A stretch of 64,000 nucleotides of DNA, taken from an uncultured Acidobacteriota bacterium (GTDB lineage: Bacteria; Acidobacteriota; Vicinamibacteria; Vicinamibacterales; 2-12-FULL-66-21). The notes below the pieces were generated by a model. It was not told where the DNA came from. It made no database searches and worked only from the letters and a program-made list of their open reading frames with translations. The stretch lies in NCBI GenBank assembly GCA_963787175.1, contig CAWBCA010000012.1, positions 5,033 through 69,032 of the forward strand. Reading direction: 5' to 3'. Shown here piece by piece: positions 42,211 to 50,229 of the stretch; the stretch's first letter is position 1, and each line of letters starts with the position of its first letter. Both the position numbers and the translations under genes were made by a program.

Positions 42211-42226
42211 CGCAACCTTAGTGCCA
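42211..42226 (-). promoter_or_regulatory. candidate sigma-54 promoter (TGGCAC-N5-TTGCG, perfect core)
   Basis: Plus-strand cgcaaccttagtgcca is the reverse complement of TGGCACtaaggTTGCG. It lies ~130 nt upstream of usp ATG 42085, in the right orientation for the usp / tandem-usp / APH-P-loop gene string. Confidence 0.7.
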
Positions 42227-42428
42227 TTGCGAAACGAGTGCGCTGCTGGGGATCCGCGCGCTCGGCGTCCGGAGAACCCGGGAAGAAATTCGCATGCGCG
42301 AGGAAATTGTCGCGCTTGCTCCAGCGCAGCACGTCGGGCTTACCAGCGACGCCACCCTCAGTGACGCGCTATAGGAGTCCAAGCGCCTGCGGCATCAGGG
42401 TTGCTCGATAGCGTGTCGGAGCACGATC

Positions 42429-42650
42429 ATGACGATTCACGATCCGCATCTCGGCGATGCGAACGGGCCGCTCGAACAGAGACTGATCGAGGAATATCTC
42501 GCGGCGCGCGGCCACACGCGACATTCCCTTGTCACGCTGGCGGGTTCGCAGGCGGGATCGCTGCTCAGAGCAGCCTCTGAGTACGCAAGCCTGAGACTGG
42601 CTGAGATGGAGGCAAAAGCCCACTACGTCCACGAGATAGGTGGACGATAG
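42429..42650 (+). CDS. small hypothetical protein (73 aa)
   Basis: The ORF has balanced composition (MTIHDPHLGDANGPLEQRLIEEYLAARGH...) but no recognisable family or clear RBS. Confidence 0.3.
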   Translation: MTIHDPHLGDANGPLEQRLIEEYLAARGHTRHSLVTLAGSQAGSLLRAASEYASLRLAEMEAKAHYVHEIGGR

Positions 42651-42934
42651 GGACCGCGATGCGGTGCTGATCTCGACGTCAAGCCGCAGGCTGCGCCATC
42701 AACACAGGGCGATCTCCGGAGTGAGGTCCTCGTTGGAAAGGCGGCCTCGGAGATCACCCGCTACGCTGCCGATGTCAAGTCGATCTGATCATTCTTGGAT
42801 CGCACGGGCGCGGCACGGTTGGGCGGACGTTTCTCGGCAGCGTCGCCGATCGAGTACTCCGCCAGGCGGCCTGCGCCGTGCTGGTCGTGAAACCTCAAGC
42901 TCGTAGCGATGCGGTCGTCAGCGACGCAGCTTGA
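42651..42934 (+). pseudogene. C-terminal half of a universal stress protein, 5'-truncated and frameshifted
   Basis: ..GDLRSEVLVGKAASEITRYAADVK | (shift at ~42780) DLIILGSHGRGTVGRTFLGSVADRVLRQAACAVLVVKPQA...*. No N-terminal USP half upstream. Confidence 0.6.
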
Positions 42935-43182
42935 CGATCACGAGGAGTTCGGCTGAATCTCACACTCGGTACAGCCGGAGTTACGTGACAGGGAACCTGC
43001 CTGTTGGGATGAGCCCTGGCCGTATCGCGTGGCCCACTCGGCGTAGAAGCCCGACTCCCGTCGTGGGCTCTTCAGCCAGCGCCTGGACATCGCTCACCTC
43101 GGGCCGTCACGCCGACGCACTGGCGGCCACACAAAAATACGCTGTTCCACCCTGCGGTTCCAGACGCATCGGCGGTCCTCGG

Positions 43183-43740
43183 TCAAGACACGGCCGGACC
43201 GAAGAACACACCGAACAGCACCGCGAAGCCGACGGCGAACGTCCAGCCGAGAAGGCAGACGGCCACGGTCCGGCCCGTTGTGCGGTAGTCCAGGGCCTGA
43301 CGCACGGCGACAACCATGTCAGCAATCATCCAGACGCTGGAAATCACAAGCACTGGAACGGCCAGCCCGGGGATGACGCCCACAATCCGGAACACCCCAG
43401 GTGCCGAGGCAAATCCCGTGGTGCGCATCAATTCTCCCAGGTCCGCTTGCGTGCGAACGTCAGGCAGCAGCCTGACACCAATTTCGAACGTCACCAGTGA
43501 CCATGCCACCCACGATAGCAGCGCAACGACGCTGAAGAATCCGACGGCGACCAGCCCGGCGGCGCCGAATCCGCGCGCCCCCACGCCTGCCGCCGCACTG
43601 GAGAGCAGGACCACCGCGCATGCCTGAGCGGTTGCGCCACGATCGGCCTCGACCTCCTCGAAAATGGCAGGACGCAACGCTGCGGCCCCTGCTGCCCGAC
43701 GCAGGAAGGACGATCCCGCGACCGCTGCTGACATACTCAC
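43183..43740 (-). CDS. Yip1-family membrane protein
   Basis: 185 aa. IFEEVEADRGATAQA followed by five hydrophobic helices, the typical YIP1 layout. Confidence 0.75.
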   Translation of the reverse strand: MSMSAAVAGSSFLRRAAGAAALRPAIFEEVEADRGATAQACAVVLLSSAAAGVGARGFGAAGLVAVGFFSVVALLSWVAWSLVTFEIGVRLLPDVRTQADLGELMRTTGFASAPGVFRIVGVIPGLAVPVLVISSVWMIADMVVAVRQALDYRTTGRTVAVCLLGWTFAVGFAVLFGVFFGPAVS

Positions 43741-43968
43741 TTGAGTCTCCTGTGTCGGATATTCCTCATCGCCGCGCCAGGCGACCCGACGTGCTTACGG
43801 CTGCATCAGCTGTACCGGTGCGAAGCCGGACGATCGCGTGCGAAGTGCGCGGCCCACGCAGGCGCGAACGCGCCCACATCAAATGATTTCGGTCAGTTCG
43901 CTCACCGAGGCGGCCGGCGCCTAAGGTGGCGTCGGCCAGTGCGACTCCCCATCGTTCGCCGGACCGAG

Positions 43969-44580
43969 CTACCGGCCTCGTACTGGCGTGACGGGATGAT
44001 TCTCGAAGTGATACACCGCGTGGACCGCAACGCTCGTCATCACGAGGCGCCGACGGTCTCGGAACGCCACCATCGCCTGCACCACAGGACGAATCGCCAG
44101 ATGTGGGTTGATGAAGACGCTCAGCCCTCCGCCAGCGAGCACCGTGGGATCGTTGAAGGTCATGCCCACCTGCGATATCCGCTGCGTCACTCGTTGCCTG
44201 TAGAAATCCGGCATGACGCCGTCGTCCGGCCCGAACGACGCACGATAGACACCGACGCCAGCTTGCACGAATGGATCGATGTTGCGTCGCCCGAATAAGC
44301 GCCTCCGGACCTGGAGTGCCCCACTGAACCCGGACGCGCCATGATCAAACGATGCCCACGCGCCGCTCCCCTCGATGGCAAGCGCCGGGGTGATTTCCCA
44401 GCCGGCGGTTCCGCCGAGCATCGAGCCTGTGGACGAGGCGGTGACTGCCGTGCCGGCAAATCCGCTCAACGTCGTTGCGTGGTGCCAGTCGTCCACGCGC
44501 GGGGCGACCTGGGCCGAGGCTGATGCGGCGACGGTGAGGGATGCGACGCTGACGAGTAGAACACGATGAATTGTACGCAT
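43969..44580 (-). CDS. outer-membrane beta-barrel protein (OmpW/porin-family-like)
   Basis: Signal peptide MRTIHRVLLVSVASLTVAASASAQ. Alternating hydrophobic pattern. Aromatic-rich C-terminal strands (VAVHAVYHF). Confidence 0.7.
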   Translation of the reverse strand: MRTIHRVLLVSVASLTVAASASAQVAPRVDDWHHATTLSGFAGTAVTASSTGSMLGGTAGWEITPALAIEGSGAWASFDHGASGFSGALQVRRRLFGRRNIDPFVQAGVGVYRASFGPDDGVMPDFYRQRVTQRISQVGMTFNDPTVLAGGGLSVFINPHLAIRPVVQAMVAFRDRRRLVMTSVAVHAVYHFENHPVTPVRGR

Positions 44581-44886
44581 TGATCACGCTCCTGCGATCG
44601 ACTACGCAACCCACATACCTTCGGAGAACCAGCGCTCGTGCGGGTCTGGTGGGAGATCCACGGGCGGGCTTGGGGATTCCTCCGCACACCCACGAAGTAT
44701 TCCGTGTTTGCCAACGCTCCAGGAGTGGACGGATCGAACTCCGGCCGAGCGCGAAATCCCCCGAGCCGCTGATCTTCTCGAGACCGCGTGAGGGAGCGTG
44801 CCGCGCGATCGGGGATGGTGAGGGCGCGGCAAAAGCGTGGGCGGGACGGCCCAGTACAGAGCCGTCCCGATACCCGCCAATCGAGG

Positions 44887-45366
44887 TCAGGCGGCGCGAG
44901 TGACGTCGTCGGACGCCAGCGTTGACGGCCGGAGGTCAGCACGGGGCACGGCGCGGCCCGTATGACCTTGTCTGCCACGCTGCCAAGCATCAGGCGTGCG
45001 ACCCCCCCGCGACCGTGTGTCGCCATCACGACCAGGCTCGATCTCCGGGTGCTCGTGAAGATAACGCAGGATCTCCTGGGCAGGGACGCCGGCCGCGCGC
45101 ACGAGCACCGCGTGGTACCGCACCTTTTCCGCCTCTGTCAGTGACTCGTCCAGATTTCTCTGGACGTCCTGGTCGATCTGATCGAAGAACTGCTGTGGAG
45201 GGACGTAGAACTCAAGGTAACCGCCCGGCATATTGGGATTCTCAGCGGCATGCAGCACGTGCAGCGAGGCGTCGAATCGGTCCGCCAGCCTGCAGGCGTA
45301 TCGCAGCGCCTCTTTGGAGGCATCACTGAAATCGATGGGCACCAGAATAGTGGTGATCGGAGTCAT
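44887..45366 (-). pseudogene. universal stress protein, two compensating frame breaks as assembled
   Basis: MTPITTILVPIDFSDASKEALRYA..LHVLHAAE... After ..YLHEHPEI (~45036) the conserved text LVVMATHGRGGVARLMLGSVADKVIRAAPCPVLT is in another frame. The frame returns at ~44932 (RPSTLASDDVTRAA*). Confidence 0.8.
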
Positions 45367-45399
45367 GACGACGTTCCGTTCCTGGATGTTGTCCCTTGC

Positions 45400-46510
45400 C
45401 TACGACACCTGCGTGGCGGCCGTGGCATCGACGCCGCCGACCAGAGGGAGCCCTGCGGGATAGATCGCGACCTTCAGCACGCCGGCATCCTGCCGGCTGA
45501 AGAGATCGAAGGCGATCGGCAGTTGTTCCAGGGTGAAGTCGTGTGTCACGAGAGACGTGAGGTCCAGGCGATCGTGGATCACCATCGCCATCAACCGCCG
45601 CATCCGTTCCTTGCCGCCGGGGCAGAGCGTGGTAACGATCCGTTGGTCGCCAAGGCCGGCGTGCAGCGCCTCATACGGCGCGGTCAGCTTGCCCGAGTAG
45701 ACACCGAGGCTCGACAGCGTGCCGCCCGCGCGCGTGGAGCGGAGCGCGGCTTCGAAGGTCTCCTGCCGGCCGAGCGCCTCAATCGCGACGTCCACACCGC
45801 GGCCCTCGGTGAGCCGCTTGATCTCCGCGACCACGTCCTGGGCGGCGGGATCCAGCGTGACCGTCGCCCCAAACCGGCGCGACATGGCCCGGCGGTCGGG
45901 GAGCATGTCCACGCCAATGATCAGACCTGCGCCGCGCAGGCGCGCGCCCACGGTCGCGCACAGCCCGATCGGGCCCTGTGCGAACACCGCCACGCTGTCT
46001 CCGACCTTGACCTGACCGCTCTCGGCGCCCGAGATGCCCGTGGAGGCAATATCGGGCAGCATGAGTACCTGCTGGTCCGTCAGGCCGTCGGGCACGAGGG
46101 CGAGGTTGGCCCTCGCGTCCGGAATCAGCAGGTACTCTGCCCAGGCACCGTCGATGGTGTTGCCGAACCGCCAGCCGCCCATCGGACCACGACACTGCGA
46201 ATGCACGCCGTTCAGGCAATAGAAGCACTGACCACAGGGCGTAATGGCACCGACAATCACCCGCTGCCCGACGGCGTACTCGTCGTCGAGACCCTCGCCG
46301 AGCTCCGCGATGATGCCGACCGGCTCGTGCCCGAGTATCAGGCCCGGTCGGACCGGGATACTCCCCTTTGACGATATGCACGTCGGTTCCGCAGATGGTC
46401 GTGGCCGTCACGCGAATGACCGCCTGGCCAGCGCGCGGGTGTGGGCGCGGGACCTCCTCGACGCGTATATCGTTGACACCGTGGAACACGACCGCCTGCA
46501 TGGTTTCCAT
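45400..46510 (-). pseudogene. zinc-dependent alcohol dehydrogenase (MDR family), one frameshift as assembled
   Basis: METMQAVVFHGVNDIRVEEVPRPHP..ICGTDVHIVKGEYP | (extra base ~46356) VRPGLILGHEPVGIIAELG...CGQCFYCLNG..VFAQGPIGL... The usp at 45366 follows 33 nt downstream. Confidence 0.85.
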
Positions 46511-46570
46511 GTGATCCTCACTTCCTGTTCGGCGCGGCACGGCAGCCGCGAGCAGCCGGTTACAGCAACG

Positions 46571-46585
46571 GCAACGCCGATGCCA
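46571..46585 (-). promoter_or_regulatory. candidate sigma-54 promoter (TGGCAT-N5-TTGCC)
   Basis: Plus-strand gcaacgccgatgcca, ~60 nt upstream of adh ATG 46510. One mismatch to the consensus. Confidence 0.6.
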
Positions 46586-46873
46586 GCCGCGAACGCCGAC
46601 ACGGGCAGGGATTTCAGGCGCGCGATGCGGAGAGAGACGCGGAAGAATCCCCGCCCGTGCGGAAGAACACGCCCGCTGCCCGCGGGACCGTGGGGCGTAG
46701 CAGAGCGGCGTGACAGGGCCGGCGGCTTCGCACCTGAGGCCCCGTGCGGCGCTGGTTGGAGAGCCCGTCGAAACACCCAACGCGTCAGAGGCGTTCCTCG
46801 GGAGTGGGAGCGGCATGACGCCCATCACCAGGGCCGTGCCTGACGCGCACGGCCCTGAGGCGAGGTGTCGATC

Positions 46874-48050
46874 ACTTGCCGGCCTGCGTGATCGTGACGA
46901 CTATGTCGCGGACGGTAATCGTTCCCACGCGGGCCGAGGCACCGTCGTTGGCAGCGACGCTGAACGCCGCCGGGTTGTCCCCCGTTCTCGGCATGCTGCT
47001 GGTAATCGTGATCCACGGCACATCGGCACGGCACTCCAGACGCATCGATCCTGTGTCGCTCCGCCGCAGGACGTGGGATCGCTCTGCTGGATGACATCGA
47101 ACGTCCCGCTTCCACCCGCCGCGGCAAACCCGAAGGCGTTGTGGCTCACAGCATAGCGGCAGCCGGCCTGCGCCACCCGCACGTTCTGCCCGGCCGTGGG
47201 CGCCGGCCAGCGGACCTGCAACGTGCCGGCCCGCGGCGCGTCGTAGTTATCTCGGACGGTCACCGAGATGCGGCCGGTACCGGTGCCGCTCCCGCCGGAC
47301 ACCTCCAGCCAGGAGGCATCGGGCGTCACGGTCCAGGTGCAGTTGGGCTGCGTCGTGACGGTGGTCGTCAGCGTCGCGCCGGCCATGCACACGCTGAGGT
47401 CCACCGGCGCGACCGAGTACTGGCAGCCGCCCGTGTCGCCGAACTGCGTCATCTTGAAGGTCTGGTCGGACGACGCTGATAGTGGCGGTCCGGTCGGCAG
47501 TTTCCAGATTGCGCGTCACCGTATACGACACGGAACCGTTGCCGGTGCCCTGCCCGCCGTCGGCCAGGACCAGCCAGGGCGCGCTGCTGGTGGCAGTCCA
47601 GCCGCATGTGGCGGGCGCCGTCACGGCGATGGCTCCGGCCGTCGCGTCTTTGTTCACGCTCGCACTCGTCGGTGAGATCCCGTAGCTGCAGTCGACCGGC
47701 CGTCCTGCCTGTGACACCGCGTGGACCTGACCCGCGATCGTCACGGAGCCCGTGCGCGCCTCCTGGGCCGGGTTGGCCGCCACAGCATACGTGGCGGTCC
47801 CGCCGCCATTGCCGGTCGCGCCGGAGATCGCAATCCACCCGGCGCTGGCTGTTGCCGTCCAGTTGCACCCGGCCGCCGTGGACACGGCGATCGCGCCGGT
47901 ACCGCCGTCCGTCTGAAAAGTGAGGCTCGCCGGGGCAACGGTCACCGTGCAGACCGGGGTGGGCTCGATGGGCGACTTGCCCCCGCAGCTACCTGAGATC
48001 AAGCCTACGCCGATGACGACGCCGAGTATGCCAATAACGGGCACTCGCAT
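46874..48050 (-). pseudogene. lipoprotein built of at least 5 Cys-pair Ig/BACON-like repeats, two frame breaks as assembled
   Basis: MRVPVIGILGVVIGVGLISGSC (lipobox-like). Repeats follow the form C..(S/T)V.P......(A/G)G.G...V....C.WTA(T/V)....W(L/I)......G.G.G.V.(Y/V)(T/A)V..N....R.(A/G)T(I/L).V.....V.Q.G. Breaks at ~47471 and ~47027. The last repeat ends ..ITVRDIVVTITQAGK*. Confidence 0.7.
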
Positions 48051-48569
48051 AAACACCTCATGGCCCGAGACAAGCAAAGATGTCCCCACGAGTCGACCTC
48101 GGCGCCCGTCGGGCCATGACTGCGGCTCGCGCGCGACGATTGTCGCCGCGGTTCTGCATGCTTCCCGACGATTCTGTCGGTGAGACGGTGTGTGCACGCG
48201 ACGCCAAGCAGGACGGCGCGGCTCGCGGGAAGAGCGGGGCGGCGGGAGCTTCTCCGCAGCGCTCGCGTGACATCGCACCCCTGGGGTGTTCCCGCGTGGC
48301 GTCCGTTCAAGACGCATCAACCTTGCAAGGTTGCCGACTTCCTTGCGTCTTGGATCCCGCCGGATCCGAGCATCGCGCCGAGATGCCGGGTCATGACGGT
48401 GGGGGAAAAATCCCGGCTGGGTGCCGATTCTTCGGCGGAGTCGACCGGGCCAGGCTGGGCCAGGGCGGCGTCACCCTGCCGGTTGAGGATGCATGCTCCC
48501 GATCACTCGCTCGTGTCGACCTGGCATCTAGCCTGCTCTCTCGCACCGTGGCCGCGAGGTCCCACTGCG

Positions 48570-48960
48570 ATGCGACTACCGTTCACGAAAGAGCAGTTCT
48601 TCGATCTGTTTGCGGCTTACAACGGGGCGGTCTGGCCCGCAATCGTGGCGTTGTGGATTGCCTCCGTCATCGTGAGCGTCCTGCTGCTCAGGTCGCAGCG
48701 TCCGCCGGACCGGTGGATCAGTGCCCTCCTGGCGGCCCACTGGGCGTGGTCCGCCCTCGCCTATCACCTCGCGTTCTTCACGCGGATCAACCCGGCCGCA
48801 TGGGCGTTTGCGGCGCTCTTCCTCCTCCAAGCGGTGGCCTTCTTTTGGTACGGAGTCGTGCAGGGGCGTTTGGCGTTCGCACCCTGACGCAATCGCTGGG
48901 CGGTCGTGGCATGGATTCTCATCGGGTACGCTCTTGTGTATCCCGGCCTTAACGCGACTC
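48570..48960 (+). pseudogene. DUF6064-like membrane protein, frameshifted (~48885) and 3'-truncated at the BON repeat junction
   Basis: MRLPFTKEQFFDLFAAYNGAVWPAIVALWIASVIV... continues in another frame as [21 protein letters not shown]. It then abuts the duplicated BON segment at ~48962. Family name is from memory. Confidence 0.5.
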
Positions 48961-48964
48961 ATCA

Positions 48965-49285
48965 CTGTCGGGCACGGTCGAGTGGATGTTTCAGAAAGCC
49001 GCGGCAGAGCGGGCCGTGAAGCACCTGCGGGGCGTCCGGGGCGTCGACAACCAGATCGGGGTGAAGCCGACGGTGGCACTCGGAGCCGTGCAGAAGCGCA
49101 TCGTGGAGGCGCTGCACCGCCATGCCGATATCGATGCGCGCCGGATTCACGTGACGGCGGAGGGGTCCAGAGTGATTCTCACCGGGAGCGTGCACTCCTT
49201 CTTCGAGAAGGACGAGGCAGGACGCGCGGCGTGGGCCGGGCCTGGTGTCGCGCTCGTGGAGAATCTTATTGCGGTCGTTCCGTAG
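48965..49285 (+). pseudogene. 5'-truncated paralogue of the BON-domain gene (last BON repeat only)
   Basis: [35 protein letters not shown]...[39 protein letters not shown]. About three quarters of residues match the C-terminus of 15378..16037 by eye. The first two BON repeats are absent. Confidence 0.75.
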
Positions 49286-49330
49286 AGTCGTGGTCGTGCC
49301 CCCAGGTCGCGCCGAGAGCGCCGACCTGGG
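48965..49330. repeat. direct repeat copy 2 (see 15717..16085)
   Basis: Same orientation as copy 1, ~33 kb away. Identity is near-perfect over the first ~70 nt and lower afterwards. It extends ~45 nt past the stop codon. Confidence 0.8.
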
Positions 49331-49332
49331 GG
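49299..49332 (+). terminator. GC-rich hairpin after the truncated BON paralogue
   Basis: cccccaggtcg (49299-49309) pairs with cgacctggggg (49322-49332). The inner cgc/gcg extends the stem. It starts 14 nt after the stop. No U-tract, so intrinsic-terminator function is uncertain. Confidence 0.4.
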
Positions 49333-49402
49333 CCGGTAGTGGCCGCGCCTTTGGAGCGCTGACGCCGAGCTCAGGACGCGACGAAGACTGAATGGAGCCG
49401 TT

Positions 49403-49795
49403 ATGCGACTCAAAGATGTCATGAGCACACGAGTGAAGACGATTGACCCGCGCGCGTCGCTAGAACGCGGGCGCAGCGTGATGACGCAGCATCACATCCA
49501 CCATCTCGTCGTTGTTGAGGGTCCGCAGGTTGTGGGACTGGTCACCGACGCCGCACTCGCCTGCGGAGAGGCAGAAGGTATCGCCCGGGTCGAGGATGTC
49601 ATGTGTCGGCATCTGATCCGGTACACCGGACACAACGATTCGGCAGGCCGCGAGTCTGATGCGGGGGCGCGCCGTCAAGGCGCTCCCAGTCTTCGAGCAG
49701 CAGCGGCTCGTCGGGATTGTGACGGTGTCGGACCTCCTCGACCTCCGCGGAAAAGGCGTTGCGAGGTCCATCGAAGCTCCCCCTGCAAGAGGTTG
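49403..49795 (+). pseudogene. CBS-pair domain protein, one frameshift as assembled
   Basis: MRLKDVMSTRVKTIDPRASLERGRSVMTQHHIHHLVVVEGPQVVGLVTDA...VEDVMCRHLI | (~49615) TPDTTIRQAASLMRGRAVKALPVFEQQRLVGIVTVSDLLDL...*. Confidence 0.8.
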
Positions 49796-50098
49796 AGGCG
49801 CCCCAGTGCGACACCTCGAGCCAGGGCATCGGCGACGCGGGGCGGGGCCAGGTAGTGATGATGAGCACAACGGACCCCAGCTGTCGCCACGTGCGGTCGG
49901 CGAGTCTCGCCGGTTCATGACCTTCAGAAATGGCCAGAACCACCAGAGCCCTTGCTCACCCGGAAAAATCCCCACCGGCGCGGAATATCATGCGCTTTGC
50001 CATCAGCGTCGCGCATAATCAGGCCCTATTTTCGCCGATTCCGGGCCTGCAGAATCGCCGCATCGACGCTCCTGTCGGCGTGCTCGCGAGTGACCCTT

Positions 50099-50221
50099 AT
50101 GCCCAGAGCCACCATCCTCGTCGCAGGCGATGAAGCGTTGCGAGCCGGGGCACTGCTCGGACTCAATCGATACCAGATCCGATACCGCATCGAGAAGTTT
50201 TCGCTCACCACGACGAGCTGA
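50099..50221 (+). pseudogene. in-frame deletion relic of a second NtrC-family activator gene (40 codons)
   Basis: MPRATILVAGDEAL|[26 protein letters not shown]. Compare the intact gene at 33391: [14 protein letters not shown]...(~410 aa)...[26 protein letters not shown]. Confidence 0.65.
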
Positions 50222-50229
50222 GCGACGGA

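Noticed and set aside
15717-49330. The two BON-derived direct repeats as ends of a 33 kb composite transposon or excisable island.
   Set aside because: There is no transposase or integrase at either junction. The repeats are diverged paralogous coding sequence rather than IS ends. The interval contains ordinary chromosomal genes (norCBQD, ppsA, kinases). Mis-assembly or old recombination is more plausible.
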